DNA from: a virus
Direction: 5' to 3' (one strand)
Virus record (IMG/VR): IMGVR_UViG_3300011116_000574
Span: 1-64,000 of that record
DNA length: 64,000 nt
The translations under genes were made by a program, and so were the position numbers. Positions 9,625-19,824 of the stretch are shown one piece after another; within the stretch, counting starts at the first letter, position 1; every line of letters begins with the position of its first letter. The notes under the pieces are model-generated. The model had not been told where the DNA came from. It ran no database searches and worked only from the letters and a program-made list of their open reading frames with translations.

Positions 9625-10047
9625 ATGTCAGAATTATCAGAAAGCATCCTGAAGCTTCGTGCCGAAGGAAAAAGTTATAATGAAATAAAAAATGAATTGG
9701 GTTGTTCTAAGGGAACAATCTCTTATTATCTTGGGGAAGATCAAAAAGAAAAAACTGGTGCTAGACGGCGGGATAATAGAAGTAAAAACCTTAGAACTTT
9801 TCATGCGTATAAAGAAGAAACTGGATGCACTGACTGTGGAGAAAAGTATCCTTATTTTGTTTTAGAGTTTGACCACAAGCCAGAATTTGAAAAAATTGAT
9901 ACTGTTTATAAAGTTTTAACCAAGTACGGAGTAGAAAAAGCTTGGGAAGAGATTGCCAAATGTGATGTGGTTTGTGCTAATTGTCACAAAATAAGGACAT
10001 ATATGCGTAAACCTTTTGGTGAAGGACCCTTGACTTTATTCAAATAA
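9625..10047 (+). CDS. HTH-HNH endonuclease
   Basis: N-terminal HTH (GKSYNEIKNELGCSKGTISYY), CTDCG...FDH...CANCHKIRT. Confidence 0.88.
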   Translation: MSELSESILKLRAEGKSYNEIKNELGCSKGTISYYLGEDQKEKTGARRRDNRSKNLRTFHAYKEETGCTDCGEKYPYFVLEFDHKPEFEKIDTVYKVLTKYGVEKAWEEIAKCDVVCANCHKIRTYMRKPFGEGPLTLFK

Positions 10048-10065
10048 AATAGTAAACTAGAAGTA

Positions 10066-10527
10066 ATGCGATTCAAAACCAAAGTCTTGATTCCCGTTAT
10101 TGCGCTTCTTGCGAGTTTACTCGTATCGCTACCAATAGCCCAGAATCAAGCTAACGCTAATGAAAGACAGAGCAGGTGTAAAGTTTCGGCTTCACGAAGT
10201 TATACTAGGGTTCCATATGCGACCCCAACATATAACAAAAGATTTGCACTCGCATACATGTCCAATAAGTATGGATGGTGCGGGCAGCAATTTACCTGTT
10301 TAACAACATTGTGGAACAGAGAAAGTGGTTGGAGAGTAAATGCTCACAATCCATCTGGTGCACACGGAATACCACAAGCATTGCCAGGATCTAAAATGGC
10401 AAAATTTGGAAAGAAATGGAGAACCGACCCACAGGTTCAAATTAAGTGGGGACTACATTATATCAAGAATAGATATGGGAGTCCCTGCAACGCCTTGGGT
10501 CACTCTTATAATTTCGGCTGGTATTAA
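10066..10527 (+). CDS. secreted lytic transglycosylase (SLT/Rpf-like)
   Basis: Signal peptide; LWNRESGW, GAHGIPQALP, YIKNRYGSPC actinobacterial SLT motifs. Confidence 0.88.
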   Translation: MRFKTKVLIPVIALLASLLVSLPIAQNQANANERQSRCKVSASRSYTRVPYATPTYNKRFALAYMSNKYGWCGQQFTCLTTLWNRESGWRVNAHNPSGAHGIPQALPGSKMAKFGKKWRTDPQVQIKWGLHYIKNRYGSPCNALGHSYNFGWY

Positions 10528-10533
10528 AAATAA

Positions 10534-10597
10534 GACGGTATGGTGTTGTAATTAGCATCCTTCGGAGAGTCTGGGTTAAAATCCCAGCCATACCGTC
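10534..10597 (+). ncRNA. tRNA-like RNA lacking a normal anticodon arm
   Basis: 10-bp stem GACGGTATGG/CCATACCGTC, D-like hairpin, mini hairpin TCCTTCGGA, T-like arm CTGGG-TTAAAAT-CCCAG. Confidence 0.55.
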
Positions 10598-10601
10598 ATA
10601 A

Positions 10602-10673
10602 TCTTCCTTAGCTCAACGGCAGAGCATGCGACTGTTAATCGCAGGGTTCTTGGTTCGAATCCAAGAGGGAGAG
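10602..10673 (+). tRNA. tRNA-Asn(GUU)
   Basis: Canonical cloverleaf, TGCGA-CTGTTAA-TCGCA. Confidence 0.95.
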
Positions 10674-10753
10674 CAAGCAATATGTATTTAATCGGTTGTA
10701 CATATTCCCACACGATGTAATGGCGTGGCAAGCCGACCTATATTAAGGAAAAA

Positions 10754-10909
10754 ATGAAAGAGATCATACTGTCAACATTAACGGGTGCTGCCTGTGGCGT
10801 TGTATTTGCACTACTAAAACTTCCAGTTCCAGCCCCACCAGTTTTATCTGGAGTAATGGGAATTGTTGGGTTGTGGATTGGTTATACATTAATTCACGGA
10901 GGAGGATAG
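10754..10909 (+). CDS. XapX-domain (DUF1427) small membrane protein (not in ORF track)
   Basis: MKEIILSTLTGAACGVVFALLKLPVPAPPVLSGVMGIVGLWIGY; PAPP signature. Confidence 0.8.
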   Translation: MKEIILSTLTGAACGVVFALLKLPVPAPPVLSGVMGIVGLWIGYTLIHGGG

Positions 10910-10912
10910 GTT

Positions 10913-11011
10913 ATGATAAAACGATTTGTAATGGGAATTGTTGGGACAGTTGGTCTAGCATTCATACTCTCTGCATTTAAGCATGAGGATAAAAATAAAA
11001 AATCTGAATAA
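10913..11011 (+). CDS. 32-aa single-pass membrane peptide (not in ORF track)
   Basis: MIKRFVMGIVGTVGLAFILSAFK...; GGAGGA SD; shares GTAATGGGAATTGTTGGG with the XapX gene. Confidence 0.5.
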   Translation: MIKRFVMGIVGTVGLAFILSAFKHEDKNKKSE

Positions 11012-11017
11012 AAAAAT

Positions 11018-11089
11018 GCCTCTTTAGCTCAGTGGTAGAGCATCGCTCTTGTAAAGCGAGGGTCATCCGTTCAAATCGGATAAGAGGCT
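11018..11089 (+). tRNA. tRNA-Thr(UGU)
   Basis: Cloverleaf, TCGCT-CTTGTAA-AGCGA. Confidence 0.95.
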
Positions 11090-11093
11090 CTAA

Positions 11094-11170
11094 ACAGATA
11101 TAGCTCAGCTGGTTAGAGCACCAAACTGATAATTTGGGGGTCGGTAGTTCAAGTCTACCTATCTGTACCA
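11094..11170 (+). tRNA. tRNA-Ile(GAU)
   Basis: Cloverleaf, CCAAA-CTGATAA-TTTGG, encoded CCA. Confidence 0.95.
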
Positions 11171-11247
11171 GAATCTTTTTATTACAAGGTTCTTTGTTGC
11201 GTAATAATTATATAAATTGTATAATGTTATAGATAAAAAGGATAAAA

Positions 11248-11835
11248 ATGAATTCAAAAATTCTAGGTGATTTATTTATAAAGCATGGTAGTGATAAGTC
11301 AGACCCACATAATTATGAAGAAACATATGCAAAAATTCTTCCAGATAATTTAAACAATTTATTAGAAATTGGTATTTCAAATACCGATGCAGATCATTCA
11401 TCTTTGCATGCTTGGTCAGAAATTTATCCAGATGCAAAAATTTGGGGTGCGGATATTGTATTTGAAAAGTTAATTAATAAAGATAATATTTCTAGTTACT
11501 TATTAGATCAATCATCAGCAGAATCATTAGACAACTTTAAACTATTTTTAAACAATAAGTTTGATGTTATTATTGATGATGGATCCCATGTGTTTGCACA
11601 TGCCAAGCTAACCGTTGAGAAACTTTTTGATTGTTTAAAGGAAGACGGCATTTATTGTATTGAAGATATTGCCAAAGGACCTCTTTGGTATTGTGAGCAA
11701 ACGGTAAAGCAATGGACAGATTATTTAGACACCCGCACAGATATAAGATATGATGTTTATGACAGTAGAGAAGACTTGGGTGCGGAAGATGACAGCGTTA
11801 TTATTACCATTAGAAAGATTAAAAATGAATTATGA
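11248..11835 (+). CDS. class I SAM-dependent (sugar O-)methyltransferase
   Basis: LLEIGI, GADI, DVIIDDGSH, YCIED motifs. Confidence 0.85.
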   Translation: MNSKILGDLFIKHGSDKSDPHNYEETYAKILPDNLNNLLEIGISNTDADHSSLHAWSEIYPDAKIWGADIVFEKLINKDNISSYLLDQSSAESLDNFKLFLNNKFDVIIDDGSHVFAHAKLTVEKLFDCLKEDGIYCIEDIAKGPLWYCEQTVKQWTDYLDTRTDIRYDVYDSREDLGAEDDSVIITIRKIKNEL

Positions 11836-12604
11836 TGTAACAATAAAGTCTCACCCAAAAGATTATCACAAACTTAGTCTTGTTGTAGAGTCTTTGTCGT
11901 TTTTATCTCCCCAGCCTAAAAATATTTATATTATAAGTCCAGATGGATTTATTCCAGAAAGTAAAAAGTATAAAGATATATTGGTGGCAGTAAAAGACTC
12001 TGAGATTGTTCCAAATATAGACAGGGATAAGTTTGCTGAAAGAAAAAATTGGGCATGGCAAAATTCTTTATCTATACTGCAAGATATAACAGAGAATGAT
12101 TTATACCTAGATGTTCAATCAGATAATTTCTTTATAAAAGAAGTAGAGCTTTTTGACCCTGAGAAAAAACCAAAACTCTTTAGGTCTATTCAAAACCTAA
12201 ACAATAATGCTGGGTGGTCTCCATATTTTGTTTTTAATAAAAATGTATTTGATTTAGATAGAACTTGGGATGGATACTCTTACATAATTGAATTTATGCT
12301 GTATGACAAAAAAATACTTAAAGATTTTTTTATTAATAAATTTGGATCCATAGATAATTTGTTGTTGAATATGTACAAAAACAATAACAACTTTAGCTAT
12401 CTGGGAGATCAAGAATTTTATGGCAGTTTAGTTGAATCTTTATATCCAAATAAATATAGTTTTGTGGACAATACCCCAGTAATACTTGGTGGTTCCGACA
12501 ATGATGTCACTGTTGAATTTTTAAAAGAATACGAAGATAAAATAAAAAAAATGTATCCAGAAACTATTGCATTTAGTTATCACACATGGAGAAGAACAGA
12601 ATGA
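11825..12604 (+). CDS. putative GT-A fold glycosyltransferase-like protein
   Basis: HPKD start, YLDVQSD motif, position within sugar cluster. Confidence 0.55.
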   Translation: MNYDVTIKSHPKDYHKLSLVVESLSFLSPQPKNIYIISPDGFIPESKKYKDILVAVKDSEIVPNIDRDKFAERKNWAWQNSLSILQDITENDLYLDVQSDNFFIKEVELFDPEKKPKLFRSIQNLNNNAGWSPYFVFNKNVFDLDRTWDGYSYIIEFMLYDKKILKDFFINKFGSIDNLLLNMYKNNNNFSYLGDQEFYGSLVESLYPNKYSFVDNTPVILGGSDNDVTVEFLKEYEDKIKKMYPETIAFSYHTWRRTE

Positions 12605-13614
12605 AAAAAGCTTTAATTACTGGGGTCACAGGTCAGGATGGTTCATATCTTGCAGAGCTGCTACTCGAAAAAGGATATGAGGTTCACGGAATTAAGCGCA
12701 GATCCTCATCTTTTAATACAGAGCGTGTCGATCATATATTTGAAAGCAACCCAAATTTTTACTTACATTATGGAGACTTGACAGACTCAACAAACATAAT
12801 TAGATTGTTAAATGAAATCAGACCAGATGAGGTTTATAACCTTGGCGCACAAAGTCATGTTCATGTATCCTTTGAAACTCCAGAATACACTGCAAATTCA
12901 GATGCGCTTGGAGTATTAAGAATGTTAGAAGCAATTAGAATTTTAAATATGGAAAAATCTGTAAAATTTTATCAGGCTTCTACATCCGAAATGTATGGTT
13001 TGGTTCAGGAGATTCCACAAAAGGAAACCACACCATTTTATCCTCGCTCACCCTATGGTGTTGCAAAATTATATGGTTATTGGATTACAAAAAATTACCG
13101 CGAAGCTTACGGAATGTTTGCTTGTAGTGGTATTTTGTTTAATCACGAATCTCCAAGGCGTGGAGAGACATTTGTTACTCAAAAAATTGTAATGGCTTTG
13201 CGAAATATTTCTGAAGGAGAACAGGATTGTTTATATCTTGGAAACCTTAACGCTTTAAGAGATTGGGGTCATGCAAAAGATTTTGTTCGTGCAATGTGGT
13301 TAATGTTACAGCAAGAAGATCCAGAAGATTATGTTATTGCAACAGGAGAACAATATTCAGTTCGGCAATTTGTTGAAGCTTGTGCCCCGTATTTTGGAAT
13401 GAATATTGAATGGGTCGGAGAGGGCTTAGATGAAGTTGGAATAGATACCAATAGCAATAAGGTCGTAATTAAAATTAACCCTAAATATTTTAGACCTACT
13501 GAGGTTGAAAGTTTATTGGGAGATTCTACATTAGCTCAAAATGTTTTGGGCTGGAAGCCAGAAATTAGCTTTGAAGAATTGATTAAGGATATGTGTTTAA
13601 ATGGAACTAGATAG
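12601..13614 (+). CDS. gmd: GDP-mannose 4,6-dehydratase
   Basis: [42 protein letters not shown]. Confidence 0.97.
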   Translation: MKKALITGVTGQDGSYLAELLLEKGYEVHGIKRRSSSFNTERVDHIFESNPNFYLHYGDLTDSTNIIRLLNEIRPDEVYNLGAQSHVHVSFETPEYTANSDALGVLRMLEAIRILNMEKSVKFYQASTSEMYGLVQEIPQKETTPFYPRSPYGVAKLYGYWITKNYREAYGMFACSGILFNHESPRRGETFVTQKIVMALRNISEGEQDCLYLGNLNALRDWGHAKDFVRAMWLMLQQEDPEDYVIATGEQYSVRQFVEACAPYFGMNIEWVGEGLDEVGIDTNSNKVVIKINPKYFRPTEVESLLGDSTLAQNVLGWKPEISFEELIKDMCLNGTR

Positions 13615-14542
13615 CAGAATTTTTGTTGCTGGTCATAATGGATTAGTTGGCTCAGCAATTGTTAGAAAACTTAAAGAATTGGGCTATAGCAATATTATTA
13701 CTGTAGATAAATCAGAAATTGACTTGAGGGATAAAGAAAAAGTTGATTGGTTGATGTCTGCATACATTCCAGAATATGTTTTCCTTGCTGCTGCAAAAGT
13801 GGGCGGTATCGGGCACAACAAAAAGTTTCCCGCAGACTTTATTTATGATAATCTTCAAATACAAAATAACATTATTCATTCTGCAAATAAGCATAAAGTT
13901 ACTAAGCTTTTGTTTTTAGGTTCGGCATGCATTTATCCAAAAATAACTCCACAGCCAATTAAAGAAGAATATTTATTAAGTAGTTACCTAGAGCCAACAA
14001 ACGAAGGTTATTCCATTGCCAAAATTGCGGGACTTAAAATGTGTCAAATGTACAATAGTCAGTATGGACTTAATGCTATTTCCGTTATGCCAGCAAATAT
14101 TTATGGAGTCAACGATAATTTTAATGTTGAAGAGTGTCATGTTATTCCAGCAATGATTAATAAATTTATTTCAGCTAAAAATAATAATATGGAAGATGTT
14201 GTTTTGTTTGGAGACGGGACTCCAACAAGAGAATTTCTTTATGTTGATGATCTTGCAGATGCTTGCATATTTTTAATGAATAATTACGATAGTCCAGAAC
14301 ACATTAACATTGGTTCTTCAGAAGAATATACTATTGCCAACCTTGCAGAAATTGTTGCAAGTGCAGTTGGGTTTACTGGAAATATTGTTTGGGATACATC
14401 AAAGCCTAACGGTACACCAAGAAGAAAACTGGATAGTTCACGAGCAAAGCATTTGGGCTGGGAGTCAACAACAACATTAAATGATGGAATTGCTAAAACA
14501 ATAGACTGGTTTGTTAAGGATGGAGACAGGCGTAATGGCTAA
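13601..14542 (+). CDS. fcl: GDP-L-fucose/colitose synthase (Fcl/ColC)
   Basis: [38 protein letters not shown]. Confidence 0.93.
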   Translation: MELDSRIFVAGHNGLVGSAIVRKLKELGYSNIITVDKSEIDLRDKEKVDWLMSAYIPEYVFLAAAKVGGIGHNKKFPADFIYDNLQIQNNIIHSANKHKVTKLLFLGSACIYPKITPQPIKEEYLLSSYLEPTNEGYSIAKIAGLKMCQMYNSQYGLNAISVMPANIYGVNDNFNVEECHVIPAMINKFISAKNNNMEDVVLFGDGTPTREFLYVDDLADACIFLMNNYDSPEHINIGSSEEYTIANLAEIVASAVGFTGNIVWDTSKPNGTPRRKLDSSRAKHLGWESTTTLNDGIAKTIDWFVKDGDRRNG

Positions 14543-15701
14543 ATGGAAATTGATGCAAAATACAATCACCATAAAGGATAGATTAAGAATTGCTAAATTT
14601 GTGCTGACCACAAAACAATTTACTAATGGTAAAATGGTAAAGAATTTTGAAGAATTGTGGAGCAAATGGTTAGGCGTAAAACATTCTCTTTTTGTTTCTT
14701 CTGGAAGCACAGCAAACTTTTTGTTAATCGCTGCCATAAAAGAAAAATATAACTTAAAAGACGGAGATAAAGTTCTTCTTCCCGCTTGCACCTGGGTAAC
14801 AAATGTTGGACCTATCATTCAACTAGGACTGCAACCAATCTTCTGCGATGTAAACACTGATAACTTTAGCTTTGATCTTGCTGAAATAGAAAAAATCAAA
14901 AAGGATCATCCAGACATTAAATTAATTTTTGTAACACATTTACTTGGCTTTGCTGCACAAAACGAAGAATACCAAAAGGCTTTTCCAAAAGCCATCATTG
15001 TTGATGATGTTTGCGAATCACATGGAGTACAATTTAAAGATGGCACCAAAGTGGGTTCAGATAGTCTTGGTTCTACATTTAGTTTTTACTTTGGTCATCA
15101 CATGACCACTATTGAAGGTGGTATGGTGTGTACAAATGACACGGAGCTATATGACCTAATGAAGATGAAAAGAAGTCATGGTCTTTCCAGAGAATCAATT
15201 AAATCTAATGAGTATGCAAAACAATATCCAGAAATAAACAAATCTTTTTTATTTATTACTGATGGTTATAATTTTAGAAACCATGAGATTTGTGCTGTGT
15301 TGGGTATATCTCAACTTAAAAGACTAGACAAAATGATTCAAATTCGTAGAAAAAACTATTCCGTATTTTATAAAATAATGCAAGAGCATAAAAACAAGTT
15401 TCTTTCAGTAAGAGAGAATTTAACCAATAGCAGTTTTTGCTTTCCAATTATTTGTAAAAGTAAAGATATTTATGAAAAATTAATTTATGAGTTAGAAAAA
15501 AATAAAATTGAATACAGACCAATTGTTGGGGGAAATTTACTCAAGCATCCATTTTTAAAAGAATATGAATTATGTTCAGTAAAAGAAATTAAAAATGCAG
15601 ACATAATAAATGATTATGGTGTATACTTAGGAAACAATCATTTTGTTGGAAAAAAACAGCTTAAATTATTAAAAAAAATATTGGAGAATATAAATGAGTG
15701 A
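14535..15701 (+). CDS. colD: GDP-4-keto-6-deoxymannose 3-dehydratase (ColD-like, DegT family)
   Basis: SSGSTAN, DVCESHG; FSFYFGHHMTTIEGG has His where DegT aminotransferases have the PLP lysine. Confidence 0.75.
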   Translation: MAKWKLMQNTITIKDRLRIAKFVLTTKQFTNGKMVKNFEELWSKWLGVKHSLFVSSGSTANFLLIAAIKEKYNLKDGDKVLLPACTWVTNVGPIIQLGLQPIFCDVNTDNFSFDLAEIEKIKKDHPDIKLIFVTHLLGFAAQNEEYQKAFPKAIIVDDVCESHGVQFKDGTKVGSDSLGSTFSFYFGHHMTTIEGGMVCTNDTELYDLMKMKRSHGLSRESIKSNEYAKQYPEINKSFLFITDGYNFRNHEICAVLGISQLKRLDKMIQIRRKNYSVFYKIMQEHKNKFLSVRENLTNSSFCFPIICKSKDIYEKLIYELEKNKIEYRPIVGGNLLKHPFLKEYELCSVKEIKNADIINDYGVYLGNNHFVGKKQLKLLKKILENINE

Positions 15702-16329
15702 CTTAGCTTACTTAGTGGATTTATACAAAGCAAACATTGGTGATACCGCCGACACCATATTTGACATCGGATCTAGAGATGGTGATGATGCAAAGTATCT
15801 TGCAGACTCTTTGAGCGCAAAAAATGTATTTACATTTGAAGCTAATCCAGATTGTTATACTTTAATTGAAAATTCTTATCCAGATTTTAAAAATATTTAT
15901 GGTGCTATATCAAATTATAAAGGCAACGCAAATTTTAACATGGTTGTTTCATCCGATTGGGAGGCAGTAGGAACATCATCACTTAAAGATAGAAGTGACG
16001 ATTGGTACTCAGACAAGGCAAGAAAAATTACTGTACCTGTAAATACAATAAAAAATATTATAAAAGACTACAGCATTCCAGGACCACTTGACCTTGTAAA
16101 AATTGATACCGAGGGCTGTTCTTTTGAAGTGCTTGAGGGTTTTTCAGATGAGATTGAAAATGTAAAAATGTTTCATGTAGAAAATGAAACATACCAGTAT
16201 TGGCAAGATCAAAAACTTGCTAATGAAGTTGGGGATTTTTTGCAAAGCAAAGGTTTTGTTTTAATTAATTCATATAATTTTGCTGCAAATAGTGTTGATG
16301 AGGTATGGATAAATGGCAATATCGTTTAG
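15694..16329 (+). CDS. FkbM-family methyltransferase
   Basis: FDIGSRDG, FEANP, KIDTEG. Confidence 0.88.
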   Translation: MSDLAYLVDLYKANIGDTADTIFDIGSRDGDDAKYLADSLSAKNVFTFEANPDCYTLIENSYPDFKNIYGAISNYKGNANFNMVVSSDWEAVGTSSLKDRSDDWYSDKARKITVPVNTIKNIIKDYSIPGPLDLVKIDTEGCSFEVLEGFSDEIENVKMFHVENETYQYWQDQKLANEVGDFLQSKGFVLINSYNFAANSVDEVWINGNIV

Positions 16330-17080
16330 TCAACTTGGCAACATGGGTCATGTAGGAAATCAAATGTTTCAATATGCTGCGTTAAAGGGTATAGCAAAAA
16401 ATAATAATTTAAAATGGACAGTTCCGCCAGAATATTTATTTGGAAAAAATTATAATATAAAGAGTAGCCTTTATGACATCTTTACATTGCCAAGTGTAGG
16501 CATCGGAGAAACTATTATTCCAGAAGGAAATATAGCTTTTCCCGAAAGGCAATTTAATTTTGATGAAGATCTTTTTAACAATTGCCCAGATAATGTAGAC
16601 CTTAATGGTTACTATCAATCCTATAAATATTTTGATCACATAAAAGATGAATTATTAAAAGATTTTTCTTTCAGGATGCCAGTGTCTTTGCCTAAAAATA
16701 TTGTAGCAATTCATGTAAGGCGGGGTGACTATGTAAATCAACCGCAGTTTCACCCTGTATGCGATGCAGAATATTATAGAAAGGCTATGGAATATTTCCC
16801 CAATGAAAGCTTTTGTGTGTTCTCTGACGATCCAGAATGGTGCAAACAGCAAGAAGTTTTTAAAAATTGCTTTATAGTTGAAAATTCTACAGAAGCGTAT
16901 GACTTGCAATGGATGTCTCAGGCTAAAGGAAACATTATTGCCAATAGTTCTTTTAGCTGGTGGGGTGCGTATTTAAATAAAAATGGTGGCACTGTAATTT
17001 GCCCCGAAAGATGGTTTGGTGTAAACTATAGTCATTATAGTATGTCAGACCTTAGACCAACAGAATGGATTCAACTATGA
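16313..17080 (+). CDS. alpha-1,2-fucosyl/colitosyltransferase (GT11)
   Basis: GNQMFQYA, GYYQS, IHVRRGDY, ANSSFSWW. Confidence 0.93.
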   Translation: MAISFSQLGNMGHVGNQMFQYAALKGIAKNNNLKWTVPPEYLFGKNYNIKSSLYDIFTLPSVGIGETIIPEGNIAFPERQFNFDEDLFNNCPDNVDLNGYYQSYKYFDHIKDELLKDFSFRMPVSLPKNIVAIHVRRGDYVNQPQFHPVCDAEYYRKAMEYFPNESFCVFSDDPEWCKQQEVFKNCFIVENSTEAYDLQWMSQAKGNIIANSSFSWWGAYLNKNGGTVICPERWFGVNYSHYSMSDLRPTEWIQL

Positions 17081-17667
17081 TAAATGATTACTTTGATCAT
17101 ATCTACTGCATTAACTTAGATAGCAGAACTGATAGATGGGCAGATTGTGAAAAAGAATTTGCTAAACATAACTTGTCGGTGGAAAGAGTTAGTGCTTTTA
17201 CTCCAGCAGATATTAATTTTAGTATAGGCGTAAATGGTGGAGAAGCAGCTTTAATTATGACTCATAAAAAAATACTTGAAGATGCTAAAGAAAAAGGGTA
17301 TAATAATATTCTTGTACTAGAGGATGATGTAGAATTTGCCGAAGATATTAATGGATGTTTGTCAGAGATTCCTAAAAATTGGGATATTGTTTATTTTGGT
17401 GGAAACCATTATCATGGAGCACCCGCTAAAATAACAGACAAAATGGCTATTGCTAATAAAACATTGGCTATGCATTGTGTAGCAATAAATAGTACAATAT
17501 ATGATAGGATGTTAGAAAAAATACATTATGGTTTTCCAATAGATGTAATTTATGCAGAAAGCTTATACTTATTTAATAGTTATGTATTTGTGCCATCGAA
17601 AGCGTGGCAAAGACCAAGTTGGTCGGACTTATTACAACAACATGTAGATTATGGATTTTTAAGATGA
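17077..17667 (+). CDS. glycosyltransferase family 25
   Basis: YCINLDSRTDR, ILVLEDD. Confidence 0.85.
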   Translation: MINDYFDHIYCINLDSRTDRWADCEKEFAKHNLSVERVSAFTPADINFSIGVNGGEAALIMTHKKILEDAKEKGYNNILVLEDDVEFAEDINGCLSEIPKNWDIVYFGGNHYHGAPAKITDKMAIANKTLAMHCVAINSTIYDRMLEKIHYGFPIDVIYAESLYLFNSYVFVPSKAWQRPSWSDLLQQHVDYGFLR

Positions 17668-18791
17668 GAATAGGATTTATCAGTTCAGACTGGGCTGATC
17701 ATTATGCGGGATCTCCAGGTGGATGCACTTGGATTAGATGTGAGTCAGTAGCCCACTATTTAAATACAATTGGTCACGAGGCTGCTTGCGGAGAAATTGG
17801 CTGGAAAGACGGAGAAGGATTTGTTGTTGTACCAACAAAATTTAGATTATCTTGGGGACACAAATCTCCAATTACAAATCCTCCAGTATCTTTTGACAAA
17901 CTTGATGTTGTTATTATTAAATTATTAATGTGGCATAAGTCAAAAGAAATGATTGAAGAAGCTCGTGCGTTGGGGCAAGTAGTAATTATTGATGTTGATG
18001 ACTGGTTCATGGGACTTCCACAAACTAATATTGCTTTTAAAACTACACATCCAAATGCTGACCCAGAATGGAATAGAGATCATATGCATGCTTCTTACGG
18101 TGCTGCAGACGCTTTAATCCATAGTACCGAGTTCCTTGCCGATAACTATGGTAAGCTTAACAAAAATAACTATATTGTTCGTAATTCTGTAGCACCAGAA
18201 TTATTTACAAAGCGTTATGATAATGCTGGTTGGAAGCCAACTATTGGCTGGGTTGGAATTATGTTGTGGAGACAGCATGATGTTGAAAAATTAAAAGGAA
18301 TACTTGGTCCATTTTTAGATGAGCATGACTTAATGTTTTATCACGCAGGTATGTTGATAGATAGACCTAAACAATTTGCAGAACTAACCAACATGGATCC
18401 TGAAAGATTAATTGAAGTAACAGGAACAAATGTTCATAATTATGGAAATATTCTTTTGTCAATGGATATTGGTTTAGTACCATTGGATATGATTCCTTTT
18501 AATGAAGCAAAGTCAAGTCTTAAAGGCATGGAGTATGCAATGTCTGGCATTCCCTTTATTGCAAATGCAACACATGAGTATAAAATTCTTGCAGAGGATG
18601 GGGCGGGTAGAGTAGTGTCAAAACCTAGAGATTGGATTAGGCACATGGAACATTACCTAGACCCTGCCAATAGAAAGGCAGATGCTCAAAGAGGCTTTGA
18701 TGTTGCAATGGAAAAGTACAACCTATCAAATAAGGTACATGAATGGTCAGATACAATTGTTGATATTTATAAGAAAGCAAAAGGGTTATGA
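17664..18791 (+). CDS. GT-B fold glycosyltransferase
   Basis: IDVDD, IGWVG, DIGLVPL...FNEAKS.LK.MEY. Confidence 0.85.
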   Translation: MRIGFISSDWADHYAGSPGGCTWIRCESVAHYLNTIGHEAACGEIGWKDGEGFVVVPTKFRLSWGHKSPITNPPVSFDKLDVVIIKLLMWHKSKEMIEEARALGQVVIIDVDDWFMGLPQTNIAFKTTHPNADPEWNRDHMHASYGAADALIHSTEFLADNYGKLNKNNYIVRNSVAPELFTKRYDNAGWKPTIGWVGIMLWRQHDVEKLKGILGPFLDEHDLMFYHAGMLIDRPKQFAELTNMDPERLIEVTGTNVHNYGNILLSMDIGLVPLDMIPFNEAKSSLKGMEYAMSGIPFIANATHEYKILAEDGAGRVVSKPRDWIRHMEHYLDPANRKADAQRGFDVAMEKYNLSNKVHEWSDTIVDIYKKAKGL

Positions 18792-18928
18792 AAAACTGGA
18801 TAGATCCAGATGATGAAATAATTCGGGGCAGAAGAAAAAAGGTTGAGGCAAAGCCTAGACCTAAAAAAGCTAATCATAAGCATGAATACATAGATAATTC
18901 ATGCACTAAATGTGGTAAAATTAAATAA
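18788..18928 (+). CDS. small basic Cys/His protein (not in ORF track)
   Basis: MKNWID...KKANHKHEY...CTKCGK; ends directly at tmRNA 5' end. Confidence 0.55.
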   Translation: MKNWIDPDDEIIRGRRKKVEAKPRPKKANHKHEYIDNSCTKCGKIK

Positions 18929-19170
18929 GGGGATGCTTAGTTTCGACTATGTGCAGACTTTTATACAGAAGTAAAACAAACTAAAAATAAACGGCGTATC
19001 TCAAAATACCCTCGCTTTAGCTGCATAAACTAAAGCCGTGTGACGACTACATGGGAACAGAAAGTCGTACAAAACAATAAAAATTAAATAAAAATGCTAG
19101 ACAATATTACTTAAATACTGTATACTAGAAAACATATAGGACAGGGGTGCAATTCCCCTCATCTCCACAA
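18929..19170 (+). ncRNA. ssrA: tmRNA
   Basis: GGGGATG/CATCTCC-A acceptor with G3:U70, TTCGAC near 5' end, T-arm AGGGG-TGCAATT-CCCCT, tag reading GVSQNTLALAA*. Confidence 0.9.
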
Positions 19171-19180
19171 AGGATAAAAA

Positions 19181-19447
19181 ATGGATTATAATGAAAGCAA
19201 ATGGGCTAAGCTCGGAGAAAAGAATAAAACTACAACTGCATACGGAGAGTATGAAAAGGTTGCACATAAATATACAACGGCGGAAAAATATATTAGGATT
19301 TATTCCGAAGCATTTTTAAACTACATTGATGCTATTGGAAGCCGTACCCACGCAATTCACATTGAAGATATTGTTCTTGCAAATGCTGGATTTGCCGAAG
19401 CTTTTGTTCAGGTGATGCAAGCATTAAAAACTTTGGAAGACAAATAA
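19181..19447 (+). CDS. hypothetical protein
   Basis: AAGGA SD, coupled to the next ORF. Confidence 0.7.
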   Translation: MDYNESKWAKLGEKNKTTTAYGEYEKVAHKYTTAEKYIRIYSEAFLNYIDAIGSRTHAIHIEDIVLANAGFAEAFVQVMQALKTLEDK

Positions 19448-19752
19448 TGCACTTTGAAAATGACGATGAGTTTTTTCAGTTCTTATTAGAAAAAGGTGCT
19501 ATGGAGCCGTATGGCTTAAATGAATTGGGAGAGCCACTATACAGGTTTAATATGAAGGTTTTAGAAGAAGTTCTTCCAGAAGCTGCCGAAACCATCAAGG
19601 AAGAAATTGATCAAGACCTAAAGAACCTTTACGAAATGGGCTTGGTGGATATTTCTTACAACGAAAATTTAGAAGCAACTTTTTCAATTAGTGAAAAAGG
19701 TAAGCGTTATGTTCAAACTGGTGAAATAGAAAGTTTTACAAGAGAAGATTAA
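19447..19752 (+). CDS. hypothetical protein (winged-helix-like C-terminus)
   Basis: LYEMGLVDI...ISEKGK pattern. Confidence 0.6.
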   Translation: MHFENDDEFFQFLLEKGAMEPYGLNELGEPLYRFNMKVLEEVLPEAAETIKEEIDQDLKNLYEMGLVDISYNENLEATFSISEKGKRYVQTGEIESFTRED

Positions 19753-19824
19753 AATCGTTGACACGCTAAACAATAGTGGTGTACAATAGAATAGTAAAGT
19801 ATTAAACAAAATTAAGGAATTAAA

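Noticed and set aside
14535-15701. Perosamine synthase (PerA) assignment
   Set aside because: The catalytic lysine position is histidine, which fits ColD-type dehydratases.
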